This document shows, piece after piece, positions 35,947 through 45,348 of a DNA stretch of 64,000 nucleotides (position 1 is its first letter; every line of letters begins with the position of its first letter). The position numbers were made by a program, and so were the translations under genes. The notes under the pieces were generated by a model. It saw nothing but the letters and a program-made list of their open reading frames with translations, was not told the origin of the DNA and did no database searches. The stretch comes from Christensenellaceae bacterium (GTDB lineage Bacteria > Bacillota > Clostridia > Christensenellales > Borkfalkiaceae). Where the stretch lies: positions 679 through 64,678 of the forward strand of contig JAZRSG010000027.1 in the NCBI GenBank assembly GCA_045651465.1. The letters run 5' to 3'.

Positions 35947-38349
35947 ATGATAAAAAAATTTAGTATTGAAGGAATGACTTGCGCCGTGTGTGCGCAAGGA
36001 ATAGAAAGAAACGTTAAAAGTTTAGACGGGGTTTTAAGCGCAGAGGTTTCGTTGCTTGCAAAAGAACTCACCGTCGATTTTGACGATGGCAAAGTGTCGG
36101 AAGAAAGAATTATTGCTACCGTTGAAAAACTTGGCTATACCGTTCTTTTAGGTGATGATAAAGAAAAAGACGTATATAGCGAGGCAAAAAAACTTAAAAA
36201 ACGTTTTATTATTTCTTTAATTTTACTTTTTCCATTGATGTATTTTTCAATGGGACATATGTTTGGCGCGCCCGTTTTTTCTAAAAAGGTAAATTTTGTC
36301 ATAGAATTTATATTTGCGCTATCGATTATAGCAGTTAACTTTAGATTTTATATAAACGGAGTAAGGGCTTTAATTCATTTAACTCCGAATATGGATACTT
36401 TAGTGTCTTTAGGCTCGTTTTCGGCATTATTATACGGGATTATCGTAACGGCTGGGCTATATCTAGGATTGCTTGATCCCACGCATACTTTTTTTGAATC
36501 GTCGGCAATGGTTTTAGCGCTAGTTACTCTAGGTAAGTGGTTAGAGGAAATCTCTAAAGTAAAAACTGGTAACGCAATTGAAAAACTAAATAAACTCATA
36601 CCTAAAACGGCAACCATCGTAAAGGATGGAAAGCAAACGGTTGTACTTACCTCGGAGATAGAAATTGGGGACGTGGTGGTTCTTAAGGCTGGCGAATACG
36701 TTGCGATAGACGGAGTCGTTATTGAAGGAAACGCGTCGATAGACAAGTCTGCAATAACTGGTGAAAGTATGCCCCAAGAAATATCTATTAATGATAAAAT
36801 CACTTCGGGAAGTATATTGCAAAACGGATGTCTACTAGTTAAAGCCGAAAAGGTGAGAGAGGACTCTCTTTTTTCTAAAGTAATTGAAATAGTAAAAAAG
36901 GCAGGAGCAAGCAAAGCACCTATTCAAAAAATTGCGGATAGGGTTGCAGGCGTTTTCGTGCCGATCGTAACGACGATTGCAATATTAACCTTTATAGTGT
37001 GGATGATAGTTAGTAATGACGTTTACACCTCAATAAATTTTGCGATAAGCGTATTAGTTATATCCTGTCCTTGTGCGTTAGGGCTTGCAACCCCCGTTGC
37101 GGTTATGGCAACTATGGGTGTGGCGGCAAAAGAAGGAGTGCTCTTTAAGAATGCAGAGGCAATGCAAAAAGCGTGCAAAATTTCTTGTGTGTTGCTAGAT
37201 AAAACGGCAACCATTACCGTTGGGAAACCAAAGGTGACGGGCTTTGAGAATTTAAGCGTTTTTGACGATAGAGTCGTTTTTAAGATCGCAAGCGGGCTAG
37301 AGAAAAAATCTTCGCACCCACTAGCTAAAAGCGTTATTGAGTATTGCAAAGATTTAGATTGTGACGTCGATTGCTTTGAATACGTAATAGGAAAGGGAAT
37401 AGTTGGGGAAATTAACGGAAAAACTTATTATTTTGGTAATCTTGAACTCGTTCCCGAAGAACTTAGATTTTTAGTTGAAGATAGATTAGATGATGAAAGA
37501 TATCAAGGCAAAACGCTTTTATATTTAGCAACCGACGAAGATCTTCTAGCGATTTTTGCCGTTTCCGATTACGTTAAAGAAGATAGCGCGGATGCAATAA
37601 AAGAATTAAATGAACAAGGTATCTTAACAGTAATGATTACTGGGGATAATAAAGCTACTGCAAGTCGAATCGCAAAAGAGGTGGGGATTACCGAGTACGA
37701 ACACGAAGTTCTTCCGCAAGAAAAATACGAAATCGTAAATAGATATAAAGAAAAAGGATATTTCGTCGCGATGGTTGGTGACGGAATAAACGATAGCCCT
37801 GCGTTAAAGAGTGCGGACGTTGGCGTTGCGATAGGAACGGGAACGGATATCGCTATTGATAGCTCAGACGTTGTTTTAGCAAACGGAAGTCTTAAAGGAA
37901 TAACAAAAACTCTTAAAATAAGCAAAAAATCTTTAAGAATTATAAAGCAAAACTTGTTTTGGGCGTTTATATACAACGTGGTTGCAATACCCGTTGCGGC
38001 GGGAGGTTTAAGCGCTTTAGGCGTGGTTTTAACGCCTATGATAGCCTCTATGTGTATGTGTTTAAGTTCTCTTTTCGTCGTAACTAACGCGCTTAGAATT
38101 TCAAGAAATAAGAAAAAGCGAATAAAGAAAGGGAAAACTATTACTTCTTATTTTTTGGTTGACGGAATGATGTGCAAACATTGTCAGTCAAAGGTTTATG
38201 ACGCGCTAAAAAATCTTTCGGGCGTAATAGAAGTAGACGTTGATTTAGAGAATAAAAAAGCAACGCTAACACACGACGGTAGCGTTGCTAATGAAACTGT
38301 TATTGACGTTATCGTTAACGTTGGATATACGGCAAGGACGATAAATTGA
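35947..38349 (+). CDS. copA: copper-translocating P1B-type ATPase with N- and C-terminal HMA domains
   Basis: GMTCAVC at the N-terminus, CPC, DKTGT, GDGINDSP, and a C-terminal DGMMCKHC HMA-like domain. Confidence 0.9.
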   Translation: MIKKFSIEGMTCAVCAQGIERNVKSLDGVLSAEVSLLAKELTVDFDDGKVSEERIIATVEKLGYTVLLGDDKEKDVYSEAKKLKKRFIISLILLFPLMYFSMGHMFGAPVFSKKVNFVIEFIFALSIIAVNFRFYINGVRALIHLTPNMDTLVSLGSFSALLYGIIVTAGLYLGLLDPTHTFFESSAMVLALVTLGKWLEEISKVKTGNAIEKLNKLIPKTATIVKDGKQTVVLTSEIEIGDVVVLKAGEYVAIDGVVIEGNASIDKSAITGESMPQEISINDKITSGSILQNGCLLVKAEKVREDSLFSKVIEIVKKAGASKAPIQKIADRVAGVFVPIVTTIAILTFIVWMIVSNDVYTSINFAISVLVISCPCALGLATPVAVMATMGVAAKEGVLFKNAEAMQKACKISCVLLDKTATITVGKPKVTGFENLSVFDDRVVFKIASGLEKKSSHPLAKSVIEYCKDLDCDVDCFEYVIGKGIVGEINGKTYYFGNLELVPEELRFLVEDRLDDERYQGKTLLYLATDEDLLAIFAVSDYVKEDSADAIKELNEQGILTVMITGDNKATASRIAKEVGITEYEHEVLPQEKYEIVNRYKEKGYFVAMVGDGINDSPALKSADVGVAIGTGTDIAIDSSDVVLANGSLKGITKTLKISKKSLRIIKQNLFWAFIYNVVAIPVAAGGLSALGVVLTPMIASMCMCLSSLFVVTNALRISRNKKKRIKKGKTITSYFLVDGMMCKHCQSKVYDALKNLSGVIEVDVDLENKKATLTHDGSVANETVIDVIVNVGYTARTIN

Positions 38350-38351
38350 TA

Positions 38352-39518
38352 TTAAAAAGTTATGTCAATCGTCATTGATTCTTCGGGAATAGAGCGGGCG
38401 GAAATTTTCCACTTATTAGTGGTAGCGATACTCTTTGCAATGGATAGTCCTAGTCCGCTTCCTCCGGAGTTACGAGATCTGGAGTTGTCTCCACGGTAAA
38501 ACCTTGAGAAAATTTTATCCGAATCTTTTTCGGGAATATTACTTCCCGTATTGTAAACGGATAAGTGGGGTTTGCCGTTTTTTTCTTTTAGGGTAATTAT
38601 AATTTGTCCGTTTTTTTCTGAGTACTTGATGGCGTTATCGAGCAAAATGTTCGTGATGGTTTTAACGCCTTGAAGATCGCCCGTGTACCAAATATTTTGT
38701 GCAACGTTTGTGATTAGTTGCTTGCCGTTTTCAAAGGCGAGCGGGTCAAAGGGAAGAGCAACGCCAAGCACTATTTGCGAAAGATTAAACTTTTCGTGCT
38801 TATTTTTAATAATACCCTCGTCTATCTTGGTCAAAGTTAGCATATCAGCAATAAGGGTACTCATTCTTTCAGTTTGTTCTTTAATGTTATTAACCCACTG
38901 ATTGTCTTCGCCTTGCATAAGGACTTCGGCGTTGGCGGAAATAACGGCGATAGGGGTTTTTAGTTCGTGGCTTGCGTCTGAAATAAATTGTTTTTGTTGC
39001 GCTAAATTGTTTTTTATAGGCTTAAAAACCTTAAACGATAAACCAACAACTATTGCAGTTAAAAGCGAGTACACTATGATTAAAATCAAAAGGATTCTAA
39101 GGTTAAAGTCGTACAGATTTTGCAAGCTTTCACTAGCGTCATATGCAAAAATAGCCGTGGCGTTATTTATCTTATTGATATTGTAGTAAACCGAGTCGAT
39201 CTTTCCTGATAAAAACGGACGATTGAGAGCGCTTTGAACGATAGAAGTGATAATCTCCTTGTTAACGTCGTCTTGTCCATAATAGGTGTAAAGTCTTCCG
39301 TCTTCGCCATTTTCAATAAGCACGACGAAACCATCGATGGGAATATGTTCTCCGTTCGTGGCAAGATAATCTTTTTCAACGTCCATGACCATTCTTTCGT
39401 TAATACTATCACTTAAGTTGTGGGCAATAATGTTCGTTGCAAAAAATATCGTTGCGAACACGATTAAAAGGAGAGACGCAGTTATACAAATAAACTTTAA
39501 TTGTGCCTTTTTAATCAT
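38352..39518 (-). CDS. sensor histidine kinase
   Basis: Two TM segments, HisKA H-box (SHELKTP) and HATPase motifs (DNAIKY, GSGLGLSI). Confidence 0.88.
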   Translation of the reverse strand: MIKKAQLKFICITASLLLIVFATIFFATNIIAHNLSDSINERMVMDVEKDYLATNGEHIPIDGFVVLIENGEDGRLYTYYGQDDVNKEIITSIVQSALNRPFLSGKIDSVYYNINKINNATAIFAYDASESLQNLYDFNLRILLILIIVYSLLTAIVVGLSFKVFKPIKNNLAQQKQFISDASHELKTPIAVISANAEVLMQGEDNQWVNNIKEQTERMSTLIADMLTLTKIDEGIIKNKHEKFNLSQIVLGVALPFDPLAFENGKQLITNVAQNIWYTGDLQGVKTITNILLDNAIKYSEKNGQIIITLKEKNGKPHLSVYNTGSNIPEKDSDKIFSRFYRGDNSRSRNSGGSGLGLSIAKSIATTNKWKISARSIPEESMTIDITF

Positions 39519-40188
39519 ATTTAGCCTCTAGGGTGTATCCAACTCCGCGGATAGAGCGTATTTCGGTTTTTGCGCCTACCGCTTGGAATTTTTTACGCAA
39601 GAAAGAGATGTATACTTCAACCGTATTGTATTCGGCGTCGGTATCGTATCCCCAAATTTTTTCGATAATTTTTTCTTTGTCGACGTTTTTGCCTTGAGCA
39701 AGAATTAACATTTCTAAAATTTGAAATTCTTTTTTGCCAAGCGCTATGCGATTTTCACCGCTAACGAGTTCGTAAGAGTCTCTATCTAACGAAACGTCCT
39801 TATACGATAAAACGTTGCCCGTAAAAATTTCTTTGCGGCGAAGGAGAGCGCGTATTCTCGCTAAAAGTTCGTCGGAGTTAAAAGGTTTAGTTAAATAATC
39901 GTCCGCGCCAAAGTTAAGCCCGTCGATTTTGTCTGAAGTTTCGGTTTTGGCGGAAAGTACTAAAACGGGCGTGTCGATTTTACTTTTTCTAAGTTCTTTT
40001 AAGACTGAAAAACCGTCCATTTTAGGCATCATAACGTCAAGGATAATTAGGTCGTAGATGCTAGATAAGGCGCAGTCTAGACCGTCTATGCCGTTATATG
40101 CGACGTCAACTGAATATTTATTTTGTTTTAAGATTACGCTTAAAGCGTCAACGAATTGTCTTTCGTCGTCAATAATTAAAATTTTCAT
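39511..40188 (-). CDS. OmpR/PhoB-type response regulator
   Basis: Receiver domain (DD...D...K) plus a winged-helix C-terminal domain. Overlaps the kinase start. Confidence 0.9.
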   Translation of the reverse strand: MKILIIDDERQFVDALSVILKQNKYSVDVAYNGIDGLDCALSSIYDLIILDVMMPKMDGFSVLKELRKSKIDTPVLVLSAKTETSDKIDGLNFGADDYLTKPFNSDELLARIRALLRRKEIFTGNVLSYKDVSLDRDSYELVSGENRIALGKKEFQILEMLILAQGKNVDKEKIIEKIWGYDTDAEYNTVEVYISFLRKKFQAVGAKTEIRSIRGVGYTLEAKYD

Positions 40189-40203
40189 ACTTTTATTATA
40201 ACA
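40189..40203 (-). promoter_or_regulatory. extended -10 promoter positioned to give a leaderless response-regulator mRNA
   Basis: Minus strand reads TGTTATAAT-AAAAGT-ATG. No Shine-Dalgarno sequence is present. Confidence 0.4.
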
Positions 40204-40383
40204 TATCTAATCGAAATAGACTATAATATTACGTAAAAATAAAAAACAATAATTTTTTAAAAAAATAAAAATTTCAAGATTTTTTTAAGGTTCGTCTGTT
40301 ACAATAAAGACGTAAAAGGCAAACAAGATTAGCCTTTTAGTGAATTAACCCACACTCTCAATAAACTTTTTCCTGAGGCAAGG

Positions 40384-40412
40384 CGTCGATATTCTCGACG
40401 TTTTGTCTTTTT
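40384..40412 (+). terminator. orphan plus-strand terminator with no upstream CDS
   Basis: CGTCGA/TCGACG stem followed by TTTTGTCTTTTT. Confidence 0.5.
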
Positions 40413-40490
40413 AAATACTTTTATAGTTTGTTGCAAATAGCGGTTGATTGTGTTATAATATCAGTATAAAAAAATAAAGAGAAACTCATT

Positions 40491-40940
40491 ATGTCAAAGA
40501 AAAGTAATTTTTTACAATTTATCAAGTTTACCCTTTTTTCGATTTCGGCAGGGGTAATACAAATCGGCTCGTTTACTATACTTAACGAAGTTATTAAGTT
40601 TAGCGAAGGGGACAGTTGGTATTGGGTAGCATATCTAACCTCACTCGTTTTATCTATAATATGGAATTTCACGTTTAATAGGAGATTTACCTTTAAGTCT
40701 GCGGCAAACGTGCCTATTGCCATGCTAAAGATCTTTGGGTTTTATTTGGTATTCACTCCAGTTTCTACCTATCTTGGAAACTTATGCGAAACGAACGGCA
40801 TAAACGAATATTTAGTACTCGTCGTTACGATGATAATAAATTTCGTTCTAGAATACTTGTTTAGTAAGTTCGTCGTATATCGTAAGCAAGAGAATACGCT
40901 AGAAAATAAAGAAAAATCTGAAAACACCGAGCAAAATTAA
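40491..40940 (+). CDS. GtrA family membrane protein
   Basis: 149 aa, four TM helices, GtrA-like sequence. Promoter TTGCAA-17-TATAAT lies upstream. Confidence 0.75.
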   Translation: MSKKSNFLQFIKFTLFSISAGVIQIGSFTILNEVIKFSEGDSWYWVAYLTSLVLSIIWNFTFNRRFTFKSAANVPIAMLKIFGFYLVFTPVSTYLGNLCETNGINEYLVLVVTMIINFVLEYLFSKFVVYRKQENTLENKEKSENTEQN

Positions 40941-40959
40941 TATAAGTTTCTTTATAGGA

Positions 40960-40988
40960 TTGACAAATACACTTTTAGGGTGTATACT
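40960..40988 (+). promoter_or_regulatory. promoter of the glycerol-3-phosphate oxidoreductase operon
   Basis: TTGACA, 17 nt spacer, TATACT. Confidence 0.5.
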
Positions 40989-41031
40989 TTAACTAATCTA
41001 ATTTAATAGAGTTTTTGCAGAGTAATGGAGA

Positions 41032-41100
41032 AGCAAGAACGTTTATATCGGATAACCGTCGTTATCCTTTATAGCGTCTTGCTTTTTTTGTTTTTTTTTG
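41032..41100 (+). terminator. leader terminator/attenuator upstream of the glpA-like gene
   Basis: AAGCAAGAACG/CGTCTTGCTT stem enclosing GGATAAC/GTTATCC, followed by a long T-run and located before the RBS. Confidence 0.55.
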
Positions 41101-41108
41101 GAGGTATT

Positions 41109-42533
41109 ATGTTTGACGTTGCAGTAATCGGTGCAGGGGTTATAGGTGCTTTTGTTGCTAGAGAACTTTCTAGATACGACTTAAAGATCGCCATAATCGA
41201 AAAAGGATCGGACGTTTCGGGAGGTGCAAGTCGCGCTAACAGCGGAATAGTCCATGCGGGTTTTGACGCGGCGGAAGGTTCGCTTAAGGCAAAGTTTAAC
41301 TTACTAGGTAACATAAAAATGCCACAAGTGTGTAAGGAACTAGGCGTTAAGTACGAAAAGAACGGATCGTTGGTTATAACCGATAGCGAAGAAGGTGTAG
41401 AGGGTTTAGTGAAACTTTTGCGTCGTGGTAAAGAAAACGGAGTAGAAGAGTTATACTTATTAACTGGTGAAGAAGTTAAGAAAATTGAACCTAATATTAC
41501 CGATAGCGTGGTGGCTGCTCTTTATGCTAAAACGGGTGGAATCGTTTGTCCTTACGGCTTAACGATTGCTGCGGTTGGCAACGCCATGGATAATGGGGCG
41601 GAACTTTATACGGACTTTTCGGTTGAAAGCGTAAAAGATAACGGCGATGGCTGGGAACTTATAGATGAGAACGGAAAGTGCATACGTGCAAAATACGTTA
41701 TCAACTGTGCAGGTGCAGGTAGTCAAAAAATTGCAAATTTATTTGGCGATTTTTCGTTTAAGATAGGCGCAAGAAAAGGCGAATATATGCTTTTAGATAA
41801 CTGTTCAAACGGTTTTGTAAAGTCAACGATATTCACCTTGCCAACAAAAGCAGGAAAGGGTATTTTGGTGTCTCCTACGGTCGATAAAAACGTGCTAATC
41901 GGACCAACGTCTATTGAGCAAGAGGACTTTAATAAGGACGTTAGAATACCGGCTTTTGACGAAATAAAAGAAAAGGCGTCGGCAATGTGTAAAAATATTC
42001 CTTATCAAAATACGATCACGTCTTTTGCGGGCGTTAGAGCATATTCTGATAGAGGCGATTTTATAATTGAAGAAAGTAAGGTTAAAAATCTATTTAACGC
42101 GTCGGGTATTGAATCTCCGGGATTAACGAGCGCTCCCGCAATAGGTGAATACGTGGCAAAATTCGTTGCGGAGAAATTTAATGCACGTGAAAAAAATAAT
42201 TTTAATCCAAATAGAAGACCTCACGATTACTTTAAGTCGCTAAGTATTGAAGAAAAGAACGCTTTAATAAAGGAACGTCCTGAATACGGTAAAATTATAT
42301 GTAGGTGTGAAGAGGTTACTTTAGGAGAGATAATCGACGCTATGAGACAAAATCCTAAAGCTAAAACCGTAGACGGCATAAAGCTTAGAACTAGAGCGGG
42401 AATGGGAAGATGTCAGAGCGGATTCTGTCAACCTCAAGTGCTAGAAACGATAATGAAGGAATATTCGCTTGACTACGGCGAAGTATTGAAGGGCGGAAAA
42501 AACTCGAATATAATAATCGGGGGTAAAAGATAA
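41109..42533 (+). CDS. FAD-dependent glycerol-3-phosphate dehydrogenase/oxidase-like oxidoreductase with a BFD-like [2Fe-2S] domain
   Basis: DVAVIGAGVIGA dinucleotide fold and a C-terminal CRCE...C..GFC motif. Start set at the ATG at 41109, after GGAGG. Confidence 0.8.
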   Translation: MFDVAVIGAGVIGAFVARELSRYDLKIAIIEKGSDVSGGASRANSGIVHAGFDAAEGSLKAKFNLLGNIKMPQVCKELGVKYEKNGSLVITDSEEGVEGLVKLLRRGKENGVEELYLLTGEEVKKIEPNITDSVVAALYAKTGGIVCPYGLTIAAVGNAMDNGAELYTDFSVESVKDNGDGWELIDENGKCIRAKYVINCAGAGSQKIANLFGDFSFKIGARKGEYMLLDNCSNGFVKSTIFTLPTKAGKGILVSPTVDKNVLIGPTSIEQEDFNKDVRIPAFDEIKEKASAMCKNIPYQNTITSFAGVRAYSDRGDFIIEESKVKNLFNASGIESPGLTSAPAIGEYVAKFVAEKFNAREKNNFNPNRRPHDYFKSLSIEEKNALIKERPEYGKIICRCEEVTLGEIIDAMRQNPKAKTVDGIKLRTRAGMGRCQSGFCQPQVLETIMKEYSLDYGEVLKGGKNSNIIIGGKR

Positions 42534-43774
42534 TGACTAAAGATTTGGTTATAATCGGTGGCGGTCCTGCAGGCATTGCGGCGGCGATATCGGCTTACGA
42601 TAACGGAATAAAAGACGTTCTAGTTATAGAACGTGAAGAAAAACCAGGTGGCGTGTTAAAACAATGTATTCATAACGGCTTTGGTTTAACTCGATTTGGC
42701 GAAAACTTAACGGGCCCCGAATACGCGGATAGATTTATTAGCGAGGCAAAAAAACGCAATATTGAAATTTTAACGGATACGTTTGTTTTGAATATTTCTC
42801 CCGAAAAAGAAGTTTTAATCACCAATAAAGAAGGCATTAAAAGTATAAGTGCAAAAGCAATAATTCTCGCAATGGGTTGTAGAGAAAGAAGTAAGGGCGC
42901 GTTAAATATTGCAGGCGCTCGCCCAAGTGGAATCTTTAGCGCTGGAACGGCACAAAAATACGTAAATATAAACGGAGTTATGCCCGGAAAAAGAGTCGTG
43001 ATTTTAGGGTCGGGAGATATCGGACTCATCATGGCTAGAAGAATGACGCTAGAGGGCGCAAAAGTGCTTTGTGTTGCTGAACTTATGCCTTTTTCTAGCG
43101 GACTAAAGAGAAATATCGTTCAATGCTTAAACGATTATGATATTCCCTTATTTCTAAGCCATACGATAGTTAAAATCGAAGGCAAAGATAGAGTAACTGG
43201 AGTAGTTATAGGTGAGGTCGATAAGGATAGAAAGGTTATTCCAGGAACGGAAAAACATTATGATTGTGACACGATCTTGTTTTCGGTTGGTCTTATTCCT
43301 GAGAATGAGTTGTCGACTCGTCTAGGCGTTAAAATCGACGCGAAAACCAAAGGCGCGTTCGTTGATAATTATAGGGAAACGTCGGTTGAAGGCGTGTTTG
43401 CTTGTGGCAATACTTTGCACGTTCACGATTTAGTTGACTTCGTTTCAGAAGAAGCTGAACTCGCGGGAAAATCTGCGGCGGACTATATTTTAAACGGCAA
43501 GAGGGAAAGAGAATATATCGAGTGTTTTACGGGAGATAACGTAACGTACGTACTACCGCAAAAGATAGATAAAAATTCTTTAGGCGAGCAAAAAATTTAT
43601 TTTAGAGTTAGAAGCGTAATAGATAATTGTTTCGTTAAGGTCACAATGGGTACAAAGGAAAAGAAGATTAAAAAACTTATCGTTGCACCAGGCGAAATGG
43701 AAAGTGTGAAGATTAAAACGGAAGATTTAGTGGACGCTTCACACATAAAGATCTCAATTGAAAAGGGGGAATAA
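42533..43774 (+). CDS. NAD(P)/FAD-dependent pyridine nucleotide-disulfide family oxidoreductase
   Basis: GGGPAG and GSGDIG dinucleotide motifs. Second gene of the three-gene cluster. Confidence 0.8.
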   Translation: MTKDLVIIGGGPAGIAAAISAYDNGIKDVLVIEREEKPGGVLKQCIHNGFGLTRFGENLTGPEYADRFISEAKKRNIEILTDTFVLNISPEKEVLITNKEGIKSISAKAIILAMGCRERSKGALNIAGARPSGIFSAGTAQKYVNINGVMPGKRVVILGSGDIGLIMARRMTLEGAKVLCVAELMPFSSGLKRNIVQCLNDYDIPLFLSHTIVKIEGKDRVTGVVIGEVDKDRKVIPGTEKHYDCDTILFSVGLIPENELSTRLGVKIDAKTKGAFVDNYRETSVEGVFACGNTLHVHDLVDFVSEEAELAGKSAADYILNGKREREYIECFTGDNVTYVLPQKIDKNSLGEQKIYFRVRSVIDNCFVKVTMGTKEKKIKKLIVAPGEMESVKIKTEDLVDASHIKISIEKGE

Positions 43775-43775
43775 T

Positions 43776-44126
43776 ATGGAAAAGATATTAACGTGTATAG
43801 AATGTCCCCGAGGCTGTACGCTTAGCGTGACGGGTGAAACGGGTAATTTTACCGTGACGGGAAATTTTTGCGTGCGTGGTGAAAAGTATGCAAAAAATGA
43901 AGTTACTTGTCCTGTAAGAGTAGTGACGAGCACCGTTAGATTTAAGGACAAAATGGTTGCGGTTAAAACTGATAAGCCAATAAAGAAGGAATTAATATTT
44001 GAGGTGATGAATAGAATTCATCAAACGTCGTTATTGACAAGCGTTAAAGCGGGTGCTATAATAATCGAAAACATTGATGGTGACGGTGCGAACTTGATTG
44101 CGACGTCTAGCGTAAGCGAGGAGTAA
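43776..44126 (+). CDS. DUF1667 domain-containing protein
   Basis: CIECPRGC motif and typical small third subunit. Start set at the ATG at 43776, after GGGGGA. Confidence 0.75.
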   Translation: MEKILTCIECPRGCTLSVTGETGNFTVTGNFCVRGEKYAKNEVTCPVRVVTSTVRFKDKMVAVKTDKPIKKELIFEVMNRIHQTSLLTSVKAGAIIIENIDGDGANLIATSSVSEE

Positions 44127-44127
44127 A

Positions 44128-44667
44128 ATGATTGAATTTACGAATCCCGTAATAGCAGCGGTAAGAAGCGATGGTGAATATAGAAGAGCACTCGAAAGCG
44201 AGGTTTCGGTTATATTCATGCTTAAAGCGGACTTACTAACGCTTGGAACTATATTAAAAGAGAAAAAAGATAAAAAAGTTTTCGTTCATATTGACATGGC
44301 GGAAGGTGTTGGTAAAGATAGAAAAGGTATTGAGATCCTAAAAAGAATGGGCGTTGACGGTATTATTACGACGAAAAATCATTTAGTTTTAGCTGCCAAG
44401 GATATAGGGCTTATAACCGTCCAAAGATTCTTTATAATCGATTCGGGATCGATAGCAACGGCGCTTGAAAGCGTTGGTATTACAAGACCGGATTTTGCCG
44501 AACTCATGCCGGGAGTGATTCCCAAGGCAATAAAAGGGTTTATAGAAAAAACTCACGTTCCCATTATATCTGGAGGGCTTATCGAGAATAAGACGGACGT
44601 TATAAATGCGCTGTCGGCTGGGGCTGAGGCTGTTTCAACTGGAAAAAGCGAACTTTGGCAGGAATAA
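44128..44667 (+). CDS. glpP: glycerol-3-phosphate responsive antiterminator GlpP
   Basis: 179 aa, GlpP-like sequence, glycerol-3-phosphate gene context. Confidence 0.75.
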   Translation: MIEFTNPVIAAVRSDGEYRRALESEVSVIFMLKADLLTLGTILKEKKDKKVFVHIDMAEGVGKDRKGIEILKRMGVDGIITTKNHLVLAAKDIGLITVQRFFIIDSGSIATALESVGITRPDFAELMPGVIPKAIKGFIEKTHVPIISGGLIENKTDVINALSAGAEAVSTGKSELWQE

Positions 44668-44680
44668 TTAAAATAAAAAA

Positions 44681-44705
44681 ATCCACGATTTTTCGTGGAT
44701 TTTTC
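44681..44705. terminator. bidirectional terminator
   Basis: ATCCACGA/TCGTGGAT stem flanked by A- and T-runs. Confidence 0.75.
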
Positions 44706-44706
44706 T

Positions 44707-45327
44707 TTATAGCGAAGCGATTGCTTGGCTTATTTTTTTTGCCAATTTTTCATGGCTATCTTTTGTGAGGTGAATGCCGTCAGGTCCAACGTTTAAATCG
44801 GAGTTGTCGATAAATGGAACGCCATAATCTTCGCAAAGTTTCTTGCTTAAAGCGTTAAATTTATCTCTTTTGATAGAGGTGTTGAGAAAATGCGCTTTTG
44901 CAAATTCTTCTTTGACGGGGGCTATGCCCGAAACGATCAATTTTGGAGTAGATTTATCGACGATTGAAAGGTAATTTTTAACGTGTAAAATATACTTTTC
45001 AAGAGATCTTGCAATATCTTCGGAAGATAGATTAAAAAAGGTTTTTAAGTCGTTCGTGCCGAGCATTAGAACGACGATATCAATTTTATCTTGCGAATAA
45101 AGGCAAGGAACGAAATATTCAAAGCCGTTTCTACCGGGACGGTCGTTTTCGGGTGGGTAATCAGATTCAAACGTGCGTGAGTTAAGACCTTCTTCAATGA
45201 TTTCGTATTTTGAACCAAGTTGTTTAGATAAAAGTCTTGTCCAACGAGTATTTTCGTCGTAACGCTCATGATCTGTTCCTGAAATATATCCCCAGGTATT
45301 AGAGTCACCGAAACATAAAATTCTCAT
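44707..45327 (-). CDS. SGNH/GDSL hydrolase family protein
   Basis: FGDSNTWG block I, a GTND-type block, and a terminal D..H. Confidence 0.82.
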   Translation of the reverse strand: MRILCFGDSNTWGYISGTDHERYDENTRWTRLLSKQLGSKYEIIEEGLNSRTFESDYPPENDRPGRNGFEYFVPCLYSQDKIDIVVLMLGTNDLKTFFNLSSEDIARSLEKYILHVKNYLSIVDKSTPKLIVSGIAPVKEEFAKAHFLNTSIKRDKFNALSKKLCEDYGVPFIDNSDLNVGPDGIHLTKDSHEKLAKKISQAIASL

Positions 45328-45348
45328 ATTATCTCCTATATACGATGA

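Noticed and set aside
35779-35997. 72-aa minus-strand ORF upstream of copA.
   Set aside because: It spans the feo terminator, the copA promoter and the copA start, and has no RBS.
40421-40723. 100-aa minus-strand ORF.
   Set aside because: It is antisense to the gtrA-family gene and its promoter, and has no supporting signals.
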